Positions 36,901 through 55,902 of a stretch of DNA of 64,000 nucleotides are shown piece after piece. How positions within the stretch are numbered: position 1 is the stretch's first letter; each line of letters opens with the position of its first letter. The notes under the pieces were generated by a model. That model did not search any database and was not told the origin of the DNA. It was given only the letters and a program-made list of their open reading frames with translations. The stretch is from Macrostomum hystrix (taxonomy: Eukaryota > Animalia > Platyhelminthes), in assembly GCA_950097015.1 (NCBI GenBank), contig CATNEN010000012.1, positions 806,001 through 870,000 of the forward strand. Direction: 5' to 3'. A program made the position numbers and the translations under genes.

Positions 36901-38348
36901 CATCCTGGACGGCCGCACAGCCTGTCTCTACAAGATGCGCGAGATCGATCGCAAGCTTCCAGCCAACCTGGTCCTATCCGCTGACGCCGAGTACAACACT
37001 ATCCTGGCCGAGTACTACATCCTCAGAAATATGTTCGGGCCCGACTATTCCCTACACGACAATGTTTTTATTAAGCTCAATCGAAGCAAGGAGGGCGAAC
37101 TAGCCAGTGAGCAGCTTAATTCATTTAGTTCGATTTCACATTCGTGCATTGTTACTGTAAGTATCATGAATTTAACAAAATCACTATTTTTTAGAATTTA
37201 TTCACATTTTCTTCCGCGAGCGTCAAGACGCAGAGATCTACATGGCCAACGCACACAAATTCGGCGCCCTGACGCCCGCCTGGAGCAACCCCCGCTCCTT
37301 CTCCAAGAACAATGTCTACATCACGTCAGTGCCCTACTGCCTGCTGAGTAAGGAGAGCCTCTGCGCATTTGTTCGCGACTTTGTCCTTGGCAAGGGTCCC
37401 GGCGGCGCCGACCCAATCAAGCGGGCCAGGGTTGACGCTGAGAAGCGCTCCGCCCAGGTGGAGTTTCACCGGAGTGAGGATGCGGAAGTGCTCATTGCCT
37501 ACTTCTATCAGCACATCCCCGAGGCCAACGCACGTCCGGCCTTTGACAATGCCAAAGAGCAAAAGTAAGCACTTTAGGGTCTCTGTATGGTCTCTGAGAA
37601 AGCTGGGTCTTGCTAGATTTGCTTTGCCTCTAGACATGGGCTTAGAATCTCTAGACATGGGCTTATAATCTCTAGACATGGGCTTAGAATCTCTAGACAT
37701 GGGCTTAGAATCTCTAGACATGGGCTTATAATCTCTAGACATGGGCTTAGAATCTCTAGACATGGGCTTAGAATCTCTAGATATGGGCTTAGAATCTCTA
37801 GACATGGGCTTAGAATCTCTAGATATGGGCTTAGAATCTCTAGATATGGGCTTAGAATCTCTAGAGGTGTGTTTATAATCTCTAGATATGGGCTTATACT
37901 CTCTAGATATGGGCTTATAATCTCTAGACATGGGTTTAGAATCTCTAGACACGGGTTTAGAATCTCTAGATATGGGCTTAGAATCTCTAGATATGGGCTT
38001 ATAATCTCTAGTCATGGGCTTAGAATCTCTAGACATGGGTTTAGAATCTCTAGATATGGGCTTAGAATCTCTAGAGGTGTGTTTATAATCTCTAGATCTC
38101 TTAATAGGCTTAATAGGCTTAATAGGCTTAAATCTCTAGACATGGGCTTATAATCTCTAAACATGGCTTAGAATCTCTAAACATGGCTTAGAATCTCTAA
38201 ACATGGGCTTTGAATCTCTAGACAAGGTTCAGAATCTCTAGTTCATGTACAGCTCTAGTACATCTGGTCCAATTATAAAACTGTGTCTCACTGGAATTCT
38301 CACCAACCAAATTCACGCAGGTCTGTCGAGGTTGCTGAGAAGCACTAA
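33945..38348 (+). CDS. Putative RNA-binding protein: P/Q/A-rich N-terminus plus two divergent RRM-like domains (~465 aa)
   Basis: Phase-consistent exons 33945-34118, 34261-34848, 36869-37106, 37195-37564, 38321-38348. RNP-like motifs: KFIHIFFRERQDAEIYM, NNVYITSVP, KRSAQVEFHRSEDAEVLI. The last exon is inferred; the alternative end is the TAA at 37566-37568. Confidence 0.72.
37628..38235. repeat. 21-bp minisatellite (~28 copies)
   Basis: TCTAGACATGGGCTTAGAATC; fills the predicted last intron of the RRM gene. Confidence 0.95.
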
Positions 38349-39414
38349 GCCGATAAAATGCCGACCGAAACATCGGTGACCCATAGCTATCCTATGCCAC
38401 AGTGATTTACTGCTATTTACCGTTGGTTTTCATAGAAACATGGTGCTCCATTGCTGGCTTGACATTGTTTCATTTGTAGCTCTAGTATTTTTATTATTAA
38501 CGCTGCTGTTTTTATGTTATTTAAATAGTTTAAATGAATCCAGTTGTCTTGACAATTTTTCCAGTGGCTCGTGGCTCGTTGTTTGTGACAAAAATATTTA
38601 AAGATTTTCTCTTGTTTTAGCCGCAACTCACTTTTTATATATTTTCAATTGTTATCCTTGTTGTTGTTATTGTTGTCGTGTTATTGTCTTGTCATATCTA
38701 ATGTTTCTCTATTTATTGTTTGTGTTTCGAATTAGTAATGATGATAATACTAATAGTAATATGTTTCTAATAAGAATGGGAAACCTGGCCTCTCCTCACA
38801 CCCATTTGCGTGTCGCGTTTTATGTACAGTGTTTTTTGTAACTGCATTGTTTTTTAATTCGACTCGGCAGTTATTAACCGATTTCATTGCACCTGCTTCT
38901 GTTTTGCTTTAACCTTGTCTGTAATCTATTCCATGCTTATTATACTCATCTAGATGACAAGCATTTGCCGATTGTATGTCTGTTTATTTATCTACTTTTG
39001 TTGCCTAGCTCAACGCAACACACTTCGTTCGTGGTCAATCAGCAGATAAATGAACAGCTTAGAAGATTAAAGCAGTAGCATTCCTCAAAGGAACCGAGTC
39101 CTGTACAATTTACCCTCTATTTTAGCTTGAGTGCATGTAATAACTTCCGCTTGTTTTTATCCTTGGACGTACATTTTAACCTGCCGTTGTTATCGTCTTC
39201 CCAGTTTGTAATCGTTGTCCGAACTAGTTGTTTTAGCCGATTATCATATCATTCAAGCTGATTTGAGTCTGTATTGTCCAATGTGCTAACTGGCATGGAA
39301 TAAGCATCAAATCAAAATATACATATCAGTGAAGTAAATTAATTTTTCGAAAATTTCAAACAAATTTGTTTCGCTGGTTCATTGTCAATACGGAATCTTT
39401 TTTACAACTTAAAA

Positions 39415-42400
39415 TGAGCAGAGTGGGAGAGTTGTTGGTGAGCAGAGTGGGAGTTGTTGGTGAGCAGAGTGGGAGAGTTGTTGGTGGGCAGAGTGGGAGA
39501 GTTGTTGGTGAGCAGAGTGGGAGAGTTGTTGGTGAGCAGAGGGGGAGAGTTGTTGGTGAGCAGAGTAGGAGAGTTGTTGGTGAGCAGAGTGGGAGAGTTG
39601 TTGGTGAGCAGAGTGGGAGTTGTTGGTGAGCAGAGGGGGAGAGTTGTTGGTGAGCAGAGTGGGAGAGTTGTTGGTGAGCAGAGTGGGAGAGTTGTTGGTG
39701 AGCAGAGTGGGAGAGTTGTTGGTGAGCAGAGTGGGAGAGTTGTTGGTGAGCAGAGTGGGAGTTGTTGGTGAGCAGAGTGGGAGAGTTGTTGGTGAGCAGA
39801 GTGGGAGAGTTGTTGGTGAGCAGAGGGGGAGAGTTGTTGGTGAGCAGAGTAGGAGAGTTGTTGGTGAGCAGAGGGGGAGAGTTGTTGGTGAGCAGAGTGG
39901 GAGAGTTGTTGGTGAGCAGAGTGGGAGTTGTTGTGAGCAGAGTGGGAGAGTTGTTGGTGAGCAGAGTGGGAGAGTTGTTGGTGAGCAGAGTGGGAGTTGT
40001 TGGTGAGCAGAGTGGGAGAGTTGTTGGTGAGCAGAGTGGGAGAGTTGTTGGTGAGCAGAGTGTCAGAGTTGTTCGTGAGCAGAGGGGGAGAGTTGTTGGT
40101 GAGCAGAGTGGGAGAGTTGTTGGTGAGCAGAGGGGGAGAGTTGTTGGTGAGCAGAGTAGGAGAGTTGTTGGTGAGCAGAGGGGGAGAGTTGTTGGTGAGC
40201 AGAGTGGGAGAGTTGTTGGTGAGCAGAGTGGGAGTTGTTGGTGAGCAGAGTGGGAGAGTTGTTGGTGAGCAGAGTGGGAGAGTTGTTGGTGAGCAGAGTG
40301 GGAGTTGTTGGTGAGCAGAGTGGGAGAGTTGTTGGTGAGCAGAGTGGGGAGAGTTGTTGGTGAGCAGAGTGTCAGAGTTGTTCGTGAGCAGAGGGGGAGA
40401 GTTGTTGGTGAGCAGAGTGGGAGAGTTGTTGGTGAGCAGAGTGGGAGAGTTGTTGGTGAGCAGAGTGGGAGTTGTTGGTGAGCAGAGTAGGAGAGTTGTT
40501 GGTGAGCAGAGTGGGAGTTGTTGGTGAGCAGAGTGGGAGAGTTGTTGGTGAGCAGAGTGGGAGAGTTGTTGGTGAGCAGAGTGGGAGAGTTGTTGGTGAG
40601 CAGAGTGGGAGAGTTGTTGGTGAGCAGAGTGGGAGTTGTTGGTGAGCAGAGTGGGAGAGTTGTTGGTGAGCAGAGTGGGAGTTGTTGGTGAGCAGAGTGG
40701 GAGAGTTGTTGGTGAGCAGAGTGGGAGTTGTTGGTGAGCAGAGGGGGAGAGTTGTTGGTGAGCAGAGTGGGAGAGTTGTTGGTGAGCAGAGTGGGAGAGT
40801 TGTTGGTGAGCAGAGGGGGAGAGTTGTTGGTGAGCAGAGGGGGAGAGTTGTTGGTGAGCAGAGTGGGAGAGTTGTTGGTGAGCAGAGTGGGAGAGTTGTT
40901 GGTGAGCAGAGTGGGAGAGTTGTTGGTGAGCAGAGAGTGAGAGTTGTTGGTGAGCAGAGGGGGAGAGTTTTTGGTGAGCAGAGTGGGAGAGTTGTTGGTG
41001 AGCAGAGAGTGAGAGTTGTTGGTGAGCAGAGTGGGAGAGTTGTTGGTGAGCAGAGTGTAAGAGTTGTTCGTGAGCAGAGTGGGAGAGTTGTTCGTGAGAG
41101 AGTGGGAGAGTTGTTCGTGAGCAGAGGGGGGAGAGTTGTTGGTGAGCAGAGTGGGAGAGTTGTTGGTGAGCAGAGAGTGAGAGTTGTTGGTGAGCAGAGG
41201 GGGAGAGTTGTTCGTGAGCAGAGGGGGGAGAGTTGTTGGTGAGCAGAGTCGGAGAGTTGTTGGTGAGCAGAGGGGGAGAGTTGTTGGTGAGCAGAGGGGG
41301 AGAGTTGTTGGTGAGCAGAGTGGGAGAGTTGTTGGTGAGCAGAGAGTGAGAGTTGTTGGTGAGCAGAGGGGGAGAGTTTTTGGTGAGCAGAGTGGGAGAG
41401 TTGTTCGTGAGCAGAGGGGGGAGAGTTGTTGGTGAGCAGAGTGGGAGAGTTGTTGGTGAGCAGAGTGGGAGAGTTGTTGGTGAGGCAGAGTAGTGAGAGT
41501 TGTTGGTGAGCTAGAGTGGGAGAGTTGTTGGTGAGCAGAGGGGGAGAGTTGTTGGTGAGCAGAGGGGGAGAGTTGTTGGTGAGCAGAGTGGGAGAGTTGT
41601 TGGTGAGCAGAGTGGGAGATTTGTTGGTAGGCAGAGTATGAGACTTGTTGGTAGGCTGAGTGGGAGAGTTGTTGGTGAGCAGAGTGGGAGAGTTGTTGGT
41701 GAGCCGAGTGGGAGAGTTGTTGGTGAGCAGAGTGGGAGAGTTTGTTCGTGAGCAGAGGGGGAGAGTTGTTGGTGAGCAGAGTGGGAGAGTTGTTGGTGAG
41801 CAGAGTGGGAGAGTTGTTGGTGAGCAGAGTGGGAGAGTTGTTCGTGAGCAGAGGGGAGAGAGTTGTTGGTGAGCAGAGTGGGAGAGTTGTTGGTGAGCAG
41901 AGTGGGAGAGTTGTTGGTGAGCAGAGGGGGAGAGTTGTTGGTGAGCAGAGTGGGAGAGTTGTTCGTGAGCAGAGTGGGGAGAGTTGTTGGTGAGCAGAGT
42001 GGGAGAGTTGTTGGTGAGCAGAGTGGGAGAGTTGTTGGTGAGCAGAGTGGGAGAGTTGTTGGTGAGCAGAGTGGGAGAGTTGTTGGTGAGCAGAGTGGGA
42101 GAGTTGTTGGTGAGCAGAGGGGGGAGAGTTGTTGGTGAGCAGAGTGGGAGAGTTGTTGGTGAGCAGAGTGGGAGAGTTGTTGGTGAGCAGAGTGGGGAGA
42201 GTTGTTGGTGAGCAGAGTGGGAGAGTTGTTGGTGAGCAGAGAGTGAGAGTTGTTGGTGAGCAGAGGGGGAGAGTTGTTGGTGAGCAGAGTGGGAGAGTTG
42301 TTCGTGAGCAGAGTGGGGAGAGTTGTTGGTGAGCAGAGTGGGAGAGTTGTTGGTGAGCAGAGTGGGAGAGTTGTTGGTGAGCAGAGTGGGAGAGTTGTTG

Positions 42401-44600
42401 GTGAGCAGAGAGTGGAGAGTTGTTGGTGAGCAGAGTGGGAGAGTTGTTCGTGAGCAGAGGGGGGAGAGTTGTTGGTGAGCAGAGTGGGAGAGTTGTTGGT
42501 GAGCAGAGTGGGAGAGTTGTTGGTGAGCAGAGTGGGAGAGTTGTTGGTGAGCAGAGGGGGAGAGTTGTTGGTGAGCAGAGTGGGAGAGTTGTTGGTGAGC
42601 AGAGTGGGAGAGTTGTTGGTGAGCAGAGTGGGAGAGTTGTTGGTGAGCAGAGGGGGGAGAGTTGTTGGTGAGCAGAGGGGGAGAGTTGTTGGTGAGCAGA
42701 GTGGGGAGAGTTGTTGGTGAGCAGAGGGGGGAGAGTTGTTGGTGAGCAGAGTGGGGAGTTGTTGGTGAGCAGAGAGTGGAGAGTTGTTGGTGAGCAGAGG
42801 GGGAGAGTTGTTGGTGAGCAGAGGGGGAGAGTTGTTGGTGAGCAGAGTGGGAGAGTTGTTGGTGAGCAGAGTGGGAGAGTTGTTCGTGAGCAGAGGGGGG
42901 AGAGTTGTTGGTGAGCAGAGTGGGAGAGTTGTTGGTGAGCAGAGAGTGAGAGTTGTTGGTGAGCAGAGGGGGAGAGTTGTTGGTGAGCAGAGTGGGAGAG
43001 TTGTTCGGTGAGCAGAGGGGGGAGAGTTGTTGGTGAGCAGAGTGGGAGAGTTGTTGGTGAGCAGAGTGGGGAGAGTTGTTGGTGAGCAGAGTGGGAGAGT
43101 TGTTGGTGAGCAGAGTGGGAGAGTTGTTGGTGAGCAGAGTGGGAGAGTTGTTGGTGAGCAGAGGGGGGAGAGTTGTTGGTGAGCAGAGTGGGAGTTGTTG
43201 GTGAGCAGAGAGTGAGAGTTGTTGGTGAGCAGAGGGGGAGAGTTGTTGGTGAGCAGAGGGGGAGAGTTGTTGGTGAGCAGAGTGGGAGAGTTGTTGGTGA
43301 GCAGAGTGGGAGAGTTGTTGGTGAGCAGAGGGGAGTTGTTCGTGAGCAGAGGGGGAGAGTTGTTGGTGAGCAGAGTGGGAGAGTTGTTGGTGAGCAGAGT
43401 GGGAGAGTTGTTGGTGAGCAGAGGGGGGAGAGTTGTTGGTGAGCAGAGTGGGAGAGTTGTTGGTGAGCAGAGAGTGAGAGTTGTTGGTGAGCAGAGGGGG
43501 AGAGTTTTTGGTGAGCAGAGTGGGAGAGTTGTTCGTGAGCAGAGGGGGGAGAGTTGTTGGTGAGCAGAGTGGGAGAGTTGTTGGTGAGCAGAGTGGGAGA
43601 GTTGTTGGTGAGCAGAGTGGGAGAGTTGTTGGTGAGCAGAGGTGAGAGTTGTTGGTGAGCAGAGTGGGAGAGTTGTTGGTGAGCAGAGGGGGAGAGTTGT
43701 TGGTGAGCAGAGTGGGAGTTGTTGGTGAGCAGAGAGTGGAGAGGTTGTTCGGTGAGCAGAGGGGGGAGAGTTGTTGGTGAGCAGAGTGGGAGAGTTGTTG
43801 GTGAGCAGAGTGTAAGAGTTGTTCGTGAGCAGAGTGGGAGAGTTGTTCGTGAGAGAGTGGGAGAGTTGTTCGTGAGCAGAGGGGGGAGAGTTGTTGGTGA
43901 GCAGAGTGGGAGAGTTGTTGGTGAGCAGAGAGTGAGAGTTGTTGGTGAGCAGAGGGGGAGAGTTTTTGGTGAGCAGAGTGGGAGAGTTGTTCGTGAGCAG
44001 AGGGGGGAGAGTTGTTGGTGAGCAGAGTGGGAGAGTTGTTGGTGAGCAGAGTGTCAGAGTTGTTCGTGAGCAGAGGGGGAGAGTTGTTGGTGAGCAGAGT
44101 GGGAGAGTTGTTGGTGAGCAGAGTGGGAGAGTTGTTGGTGAGCAGAGGGGGAGAGTTGTTGGTGAGCAGAGTGGGAGAGTTGTTGGTGAGCAGAGTGGGA
44201 GAGTTGTTGGTGAGCAGAGTGGGAGAGTTGTTGGTGAGCAGAGTGGGAGAGTTGTTGGTGAGCAGAGTGTCAGAGTTGTTCGTGAGCAGAGGGGGAGAGT
44301 TGTTGGTGAGCAGAGTGGGAGAGTTGTTGGTGAGCAGAGGGGGAGAGTTGTTGGTGAGCAGAGTGGGAGAGTTGTTGGTGAGCAGAGTAGGAGAGTTGTT
44401 GGTGAGCAGAGTGGGAGAGTTGTTGGTGAGCAGAGTGGGAGAGTTGTTGGTGAGCAGAGTGGGAGAGTTGTTCGTGAGCAGAGTGGGAGAGTTGTTGGTA
44501 GGAAGAGTGGGAGAGTTGTTGGTGAGCAGAGAGTGAGAGTTGTTGGTGAGCAGAGGGGGAGAGTTTTTGGTGAGCAGAGTGGGAGAGTTGTTGGTGGGCA
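39415..44600. repeat. 24-bp satellite (~215 copies, 5.2 kb)
   Basis: GAGCAGAGTGGGAGAGTTGTTGGT with 22- and 25-bp indel variants; source of the 1458-aa and 1032-aa ORFs. Confidence 0.98.
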
Positions 44601-45290
44601 GGCAGTCAATTGCTACAAAGCAATCAAATGGGAGCATGTGCCCAGGTGTCAAGCTCAGATGGATTTTCAAATTTCTCCAGTCTGAGTTGAGACTGCTCTG
44701 CAGATACCATCCGCACACCGGTTGCTCAGGCCACACAATACTGTACACATGCGAGCATTCAGCAATAATCTGTGGCTCATGCCGCTAACAATGGTTGCCC
44801 CGCACCTGTAACTGGCAATGTACTGTAGCAGTTTTTACAATGCTGGCACTTTCATACCCCACTGTCCTTTCATTTCCACTCCAATATCCCCAAAAAGCAG
44901 AAACTGCCTTACCGGGGCACATCACATCATTCATTGCTTTTGGTACTTTAAAAAAATCTACATCTTTTAAGAAAGGAAAAAGGATTCCGCTCATTGAGGC
45001 GTGCCCAGCTTTTTCCCTAGCTATTCAGGCCCAGCCATCATCCATTTGAGTCAGTTTAAGCATTCATCACAGTGATAAAATTGTACTCAGTAGAGCAGAC
45101 TCCGTGAACGCGCCACACTTGAGCGCGCCCCAGCTCTCAACTCCCGGTGCGACATACAAACTTAGCATAAATATTCATTATGTAATAACATAGCAGGGCG
45201 GCGGAGCCTCACACGGCTGCTGCTGCTGCTTGACTGTACTCAGTTGCCAACCGTAATTAGTTGATTAGGCGCAAACAATTCGCTTCAGGA

Positions 45291-52770
<7,480 letters not shown>

Positions 52771-52825
52771 CCCGCGGTCCTGGGAGCTTCACGTCGCCCT
52801 TATAGCTGGACGAAATATTATTACT

Positions 52826-53645
52826 GCGGATGAGAAATCCCACAATGAGACTGTGGATAAGAAATCCCACAATGAGACTGCAGATGGGAAATCCCACAAT
52901 GAGACTGTGGATAAGAAATCCCACAATGAGACTGCGGATGAGAAATCCCACAATGAGACTGTGGATGAGAAATCCCACAATGAGACTGTGGATGAGAAAT
53001 CCCACAATGAGACTGTGGATGAGAAATCCCACAATGAGACTGTGGATAAGAAATCCCACAATGAGACTGCAGATGGGAAATCCCACAATGAGACTGCGGA
53101 TGAGAAATCCCACAATGAGACTGTGGATGAGAAATCCCACAATGAGACTGCGGATGAGAAATCCCACAATGAGACTGTGGATGAGAAATCCCACAATGAG
53201 ACTGTGGATGAGAAATCCCACAATGAGACTGTGGATAAGAAATCCCACAATGAGACTGCGAATGAGAAATCCCACAATGAGACTGTGGATAAGAAATCCC
53301 ACAATGAGACTGTGGATAAGAAATCCCACAATGAGACTGTGGATGAGAAATCCCACAATGAGACTGCGGATGAGAAATCCCACAATGAGACTGTGGATGA
53401 GAAATCCCACAATGAGACTGCGGATGAGAAATCCCACAATGAGACTGCGGATGAGAAGTCCCACAATGAGACTGCGGATGAGAAATCCCACAATGAGACT
53501 GCGGATGAGAAGTCCCACAATGAGACTGCGGATGAGAAGTCCCACAATGAGACTGCGGATGAGAAGTCCCACAATGAGACTGCGGATGAGAAGTCCCACA
53601 ATGAGACTGCGGATGAGAAGTCCCACAATGAGACTGCAGATCGGA
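52826..53645. repeat. 27-bp minisatellite (~30 copies) just 3' of the stop at 52770
   Basis: GAGAAATCCCACAATGAGACTG(T/C)GGAT. Confidence 0.98.
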
Positions 53646-53996
53646 AACACCACTTGAAAATATTTCTGCAGCATCACTCGAATTAGGATTCAATCATACG
53701 AGCTATTTCCTGTGCCAGCAACCAATTGCTTCAAGCTATTTTGTTATTTCTGTTGCAGCTCATCAGTCCTTGTGATTCATACATGATAACTCGTAACATT
53801 GCAATAAATATCTGATACGAGTAGTTAACATAATAACATAACATAATAAATAATAATGAGCTTAAATACGAGTGTAAGTGTCCTGTACGCTGTGATTGCT
53901 TTTAAGGAGCAACTGAAAAATCTCGGCCATTTCTGATTTACTGCATAGGCTGTTATGTTTTGTGATAATTAGATAACTTGAATGACTCAGTGCCAG

Positions 53997-54326
53997 CTCA
54001 ATTTGACAACTCGAATGACTCAATTTGACAACTCGAATGACTCAATTTGACAACTCGAATGACTCAATTTGACAACTCGAATGACTCAATTTGACAGCTC
54101 GAATGACTCAATTTGACAACTCGAATGACTCAATTTGACAACTCGAATGACTCAATTTGACAACTCGAATGACTCAATTTGACAACTCGAATGACTCAAT
54201 TTGACAACTCGAATGACTCAATTTGACAGCTCGAATGACTCAATTTGACAACTCGAATGACTCAATTTGACAACTCGAATGACTCGCTTTTACAACTCGA
54301 ATGACACAATTTGACAACTCGAATGC
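53997..54326. repeat. 22-bp minisatellite (~15 copies)
   Basis: CTCAATTTGACAACTCGAATGA. Confidence 0.97.
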
Positions 54327-54809
54327 CTACTTACACTGAGCTTCTGCTAGTAGGTATTAAGCCCTTGCAGGTCCTCAGAATTGAAAATAAAGCGAACCAA
54401 TGTAGCTTAGGCAATCATATTTGCAATGCCTGATGCCGATATGGACAAATAAATCAATTCTGATTGACAGATACGGTCGTTTATATATATTTACTGGACC
54501 CGGACGCAGGCAGTAGGTGGACCAGTTTGCATTGTGCAATCCAGATTTAGGCGACTACGAGATCAGGCTGCAATATTAAAAGCGGACACTTTGCGACTAT
54601 ACAAAAATACTACTGAGCTTAAAACTTAGTAGTATGAATGGAAAATTCGACTCTCATGTCAGACTAGAAAGCGAAAAAAGCTTTAAGCGGTTACTGATAA
54701 ATGAGAAGATGAGATAAAAAATCTGGTCAGACTTCTAATAGCTTGATTTAGTGTTAGCACAATGAACATTTATACCAGCACAATGGCACTACAATATTGA
54801 GAAATTGTG

Positions 54810-55146
54810 GACTGACTGACTGACAGAGTGAACATTAACTGACTGACAGAGTGAACATTAACTGACAGAGTGAACATTAACTGACTGACAGAGTGAACAT
54901 TAACTGACAGAGTGAACATTAACTGACTGACAGAGTGAACATTAACTGACTGACAGAGTGAACATTAACTGACTGACAGAGTGAACAATAACTGACAGAG
55001 TGAACATTAACTGACTGACAGAGTGAACATTAACTGACTGACAGAGTGAACATTAACTGACTGACAGAGTGAACAATAACTGACAGAGTGAACATTAACT
55101 GACTGACAGAGTGAACATTAACTGATTGAGTGAACATTAACTGACA
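54810..55146. repeat. 19/23-bp minisatellite
   Basis: ACTGA(CTGA)CAGAGTGAACATTA. Confidence 0.95.
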
Positions 55147-55349
55147 TCCAATCGATAAGAGCAAGCACCCAATTAGTTCCTGTGAGCTGACTGACACAAA
55201 CAATTGCCTCAAATAAAGCTGAGCTGAAATCAAAGCGCCGAAATGACACAAAGACTAAAGCAAATCACAAAATGCGAATTACTTTGCCAATCGTGGGAAA
55301 AAAAGCGACAACGGTACGGTGTGTAGGCAAGTTGGGAATCCCAAACTGA

Positions 55350-55730
55350 TCCACCATCATCCCATCCCTTATCCCTACTCATCCCATCCTTTATCCCTAC
55401 TCAACCCATCCTTTATCCCTACTCAACTCATCCTTTATCCCTATTCAACCTATTCTGCGAAAACTTCTTAATCCCTTAATCCCTAATAAACTTATTTAAT
55501 CCCTACTCAATTCATTTGCAAACCTCGCTCAAATCATCCTTATCCCTGCTCAAACCAACCGTGTACATAGTCAATTAACTCTTACTCCTACTCAATATGT
55601 TTTTATCCCCACTCAAACCATCCTTATCCCTTCTCGATCCATTCTAACCCCTACTCAATCGATTGTAATCCCTGCTCAACCTTTCTTGTCCCTACTCAAT
55701 CGATTCGAATTCTTACTTAACACTTCCGTA
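55350..55730. repeat. Old degenerate ~22-bp repeat
   Basis: ATCCTTTATCCCTACTCAA-like units, decaying rightwards. Confidence 0.7.
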
Positions 55731-55902
55731 ACTTTGACAGAAGATCGCAAAACACAGATAGTTACAGTATGAGACAATTCTTAAGTCCGAGGACAAGAGC
55801 AGGCAGACAGAAACAACGGGTGAACTTCTATTCGAACTGTGAATGAACTAACTGATCGCTCAGAAACTTCACAACTCCTCAGATCGGAAAAGTGCGATTT
55901 TT

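Noticed and set aside
40372-44748. Very long ORFs (1458 aa, 1032 aa) and all other repetitive ORFs, e.g. 20009-20860, 22211-23389, 24078-24947, 28462-32830, 49137-49937, 50474-51301, 52757-53693
   Set aside because: They are translations of minisatellites, open in several frames and on both strands because the units lack stops; no unique domain or splice context.
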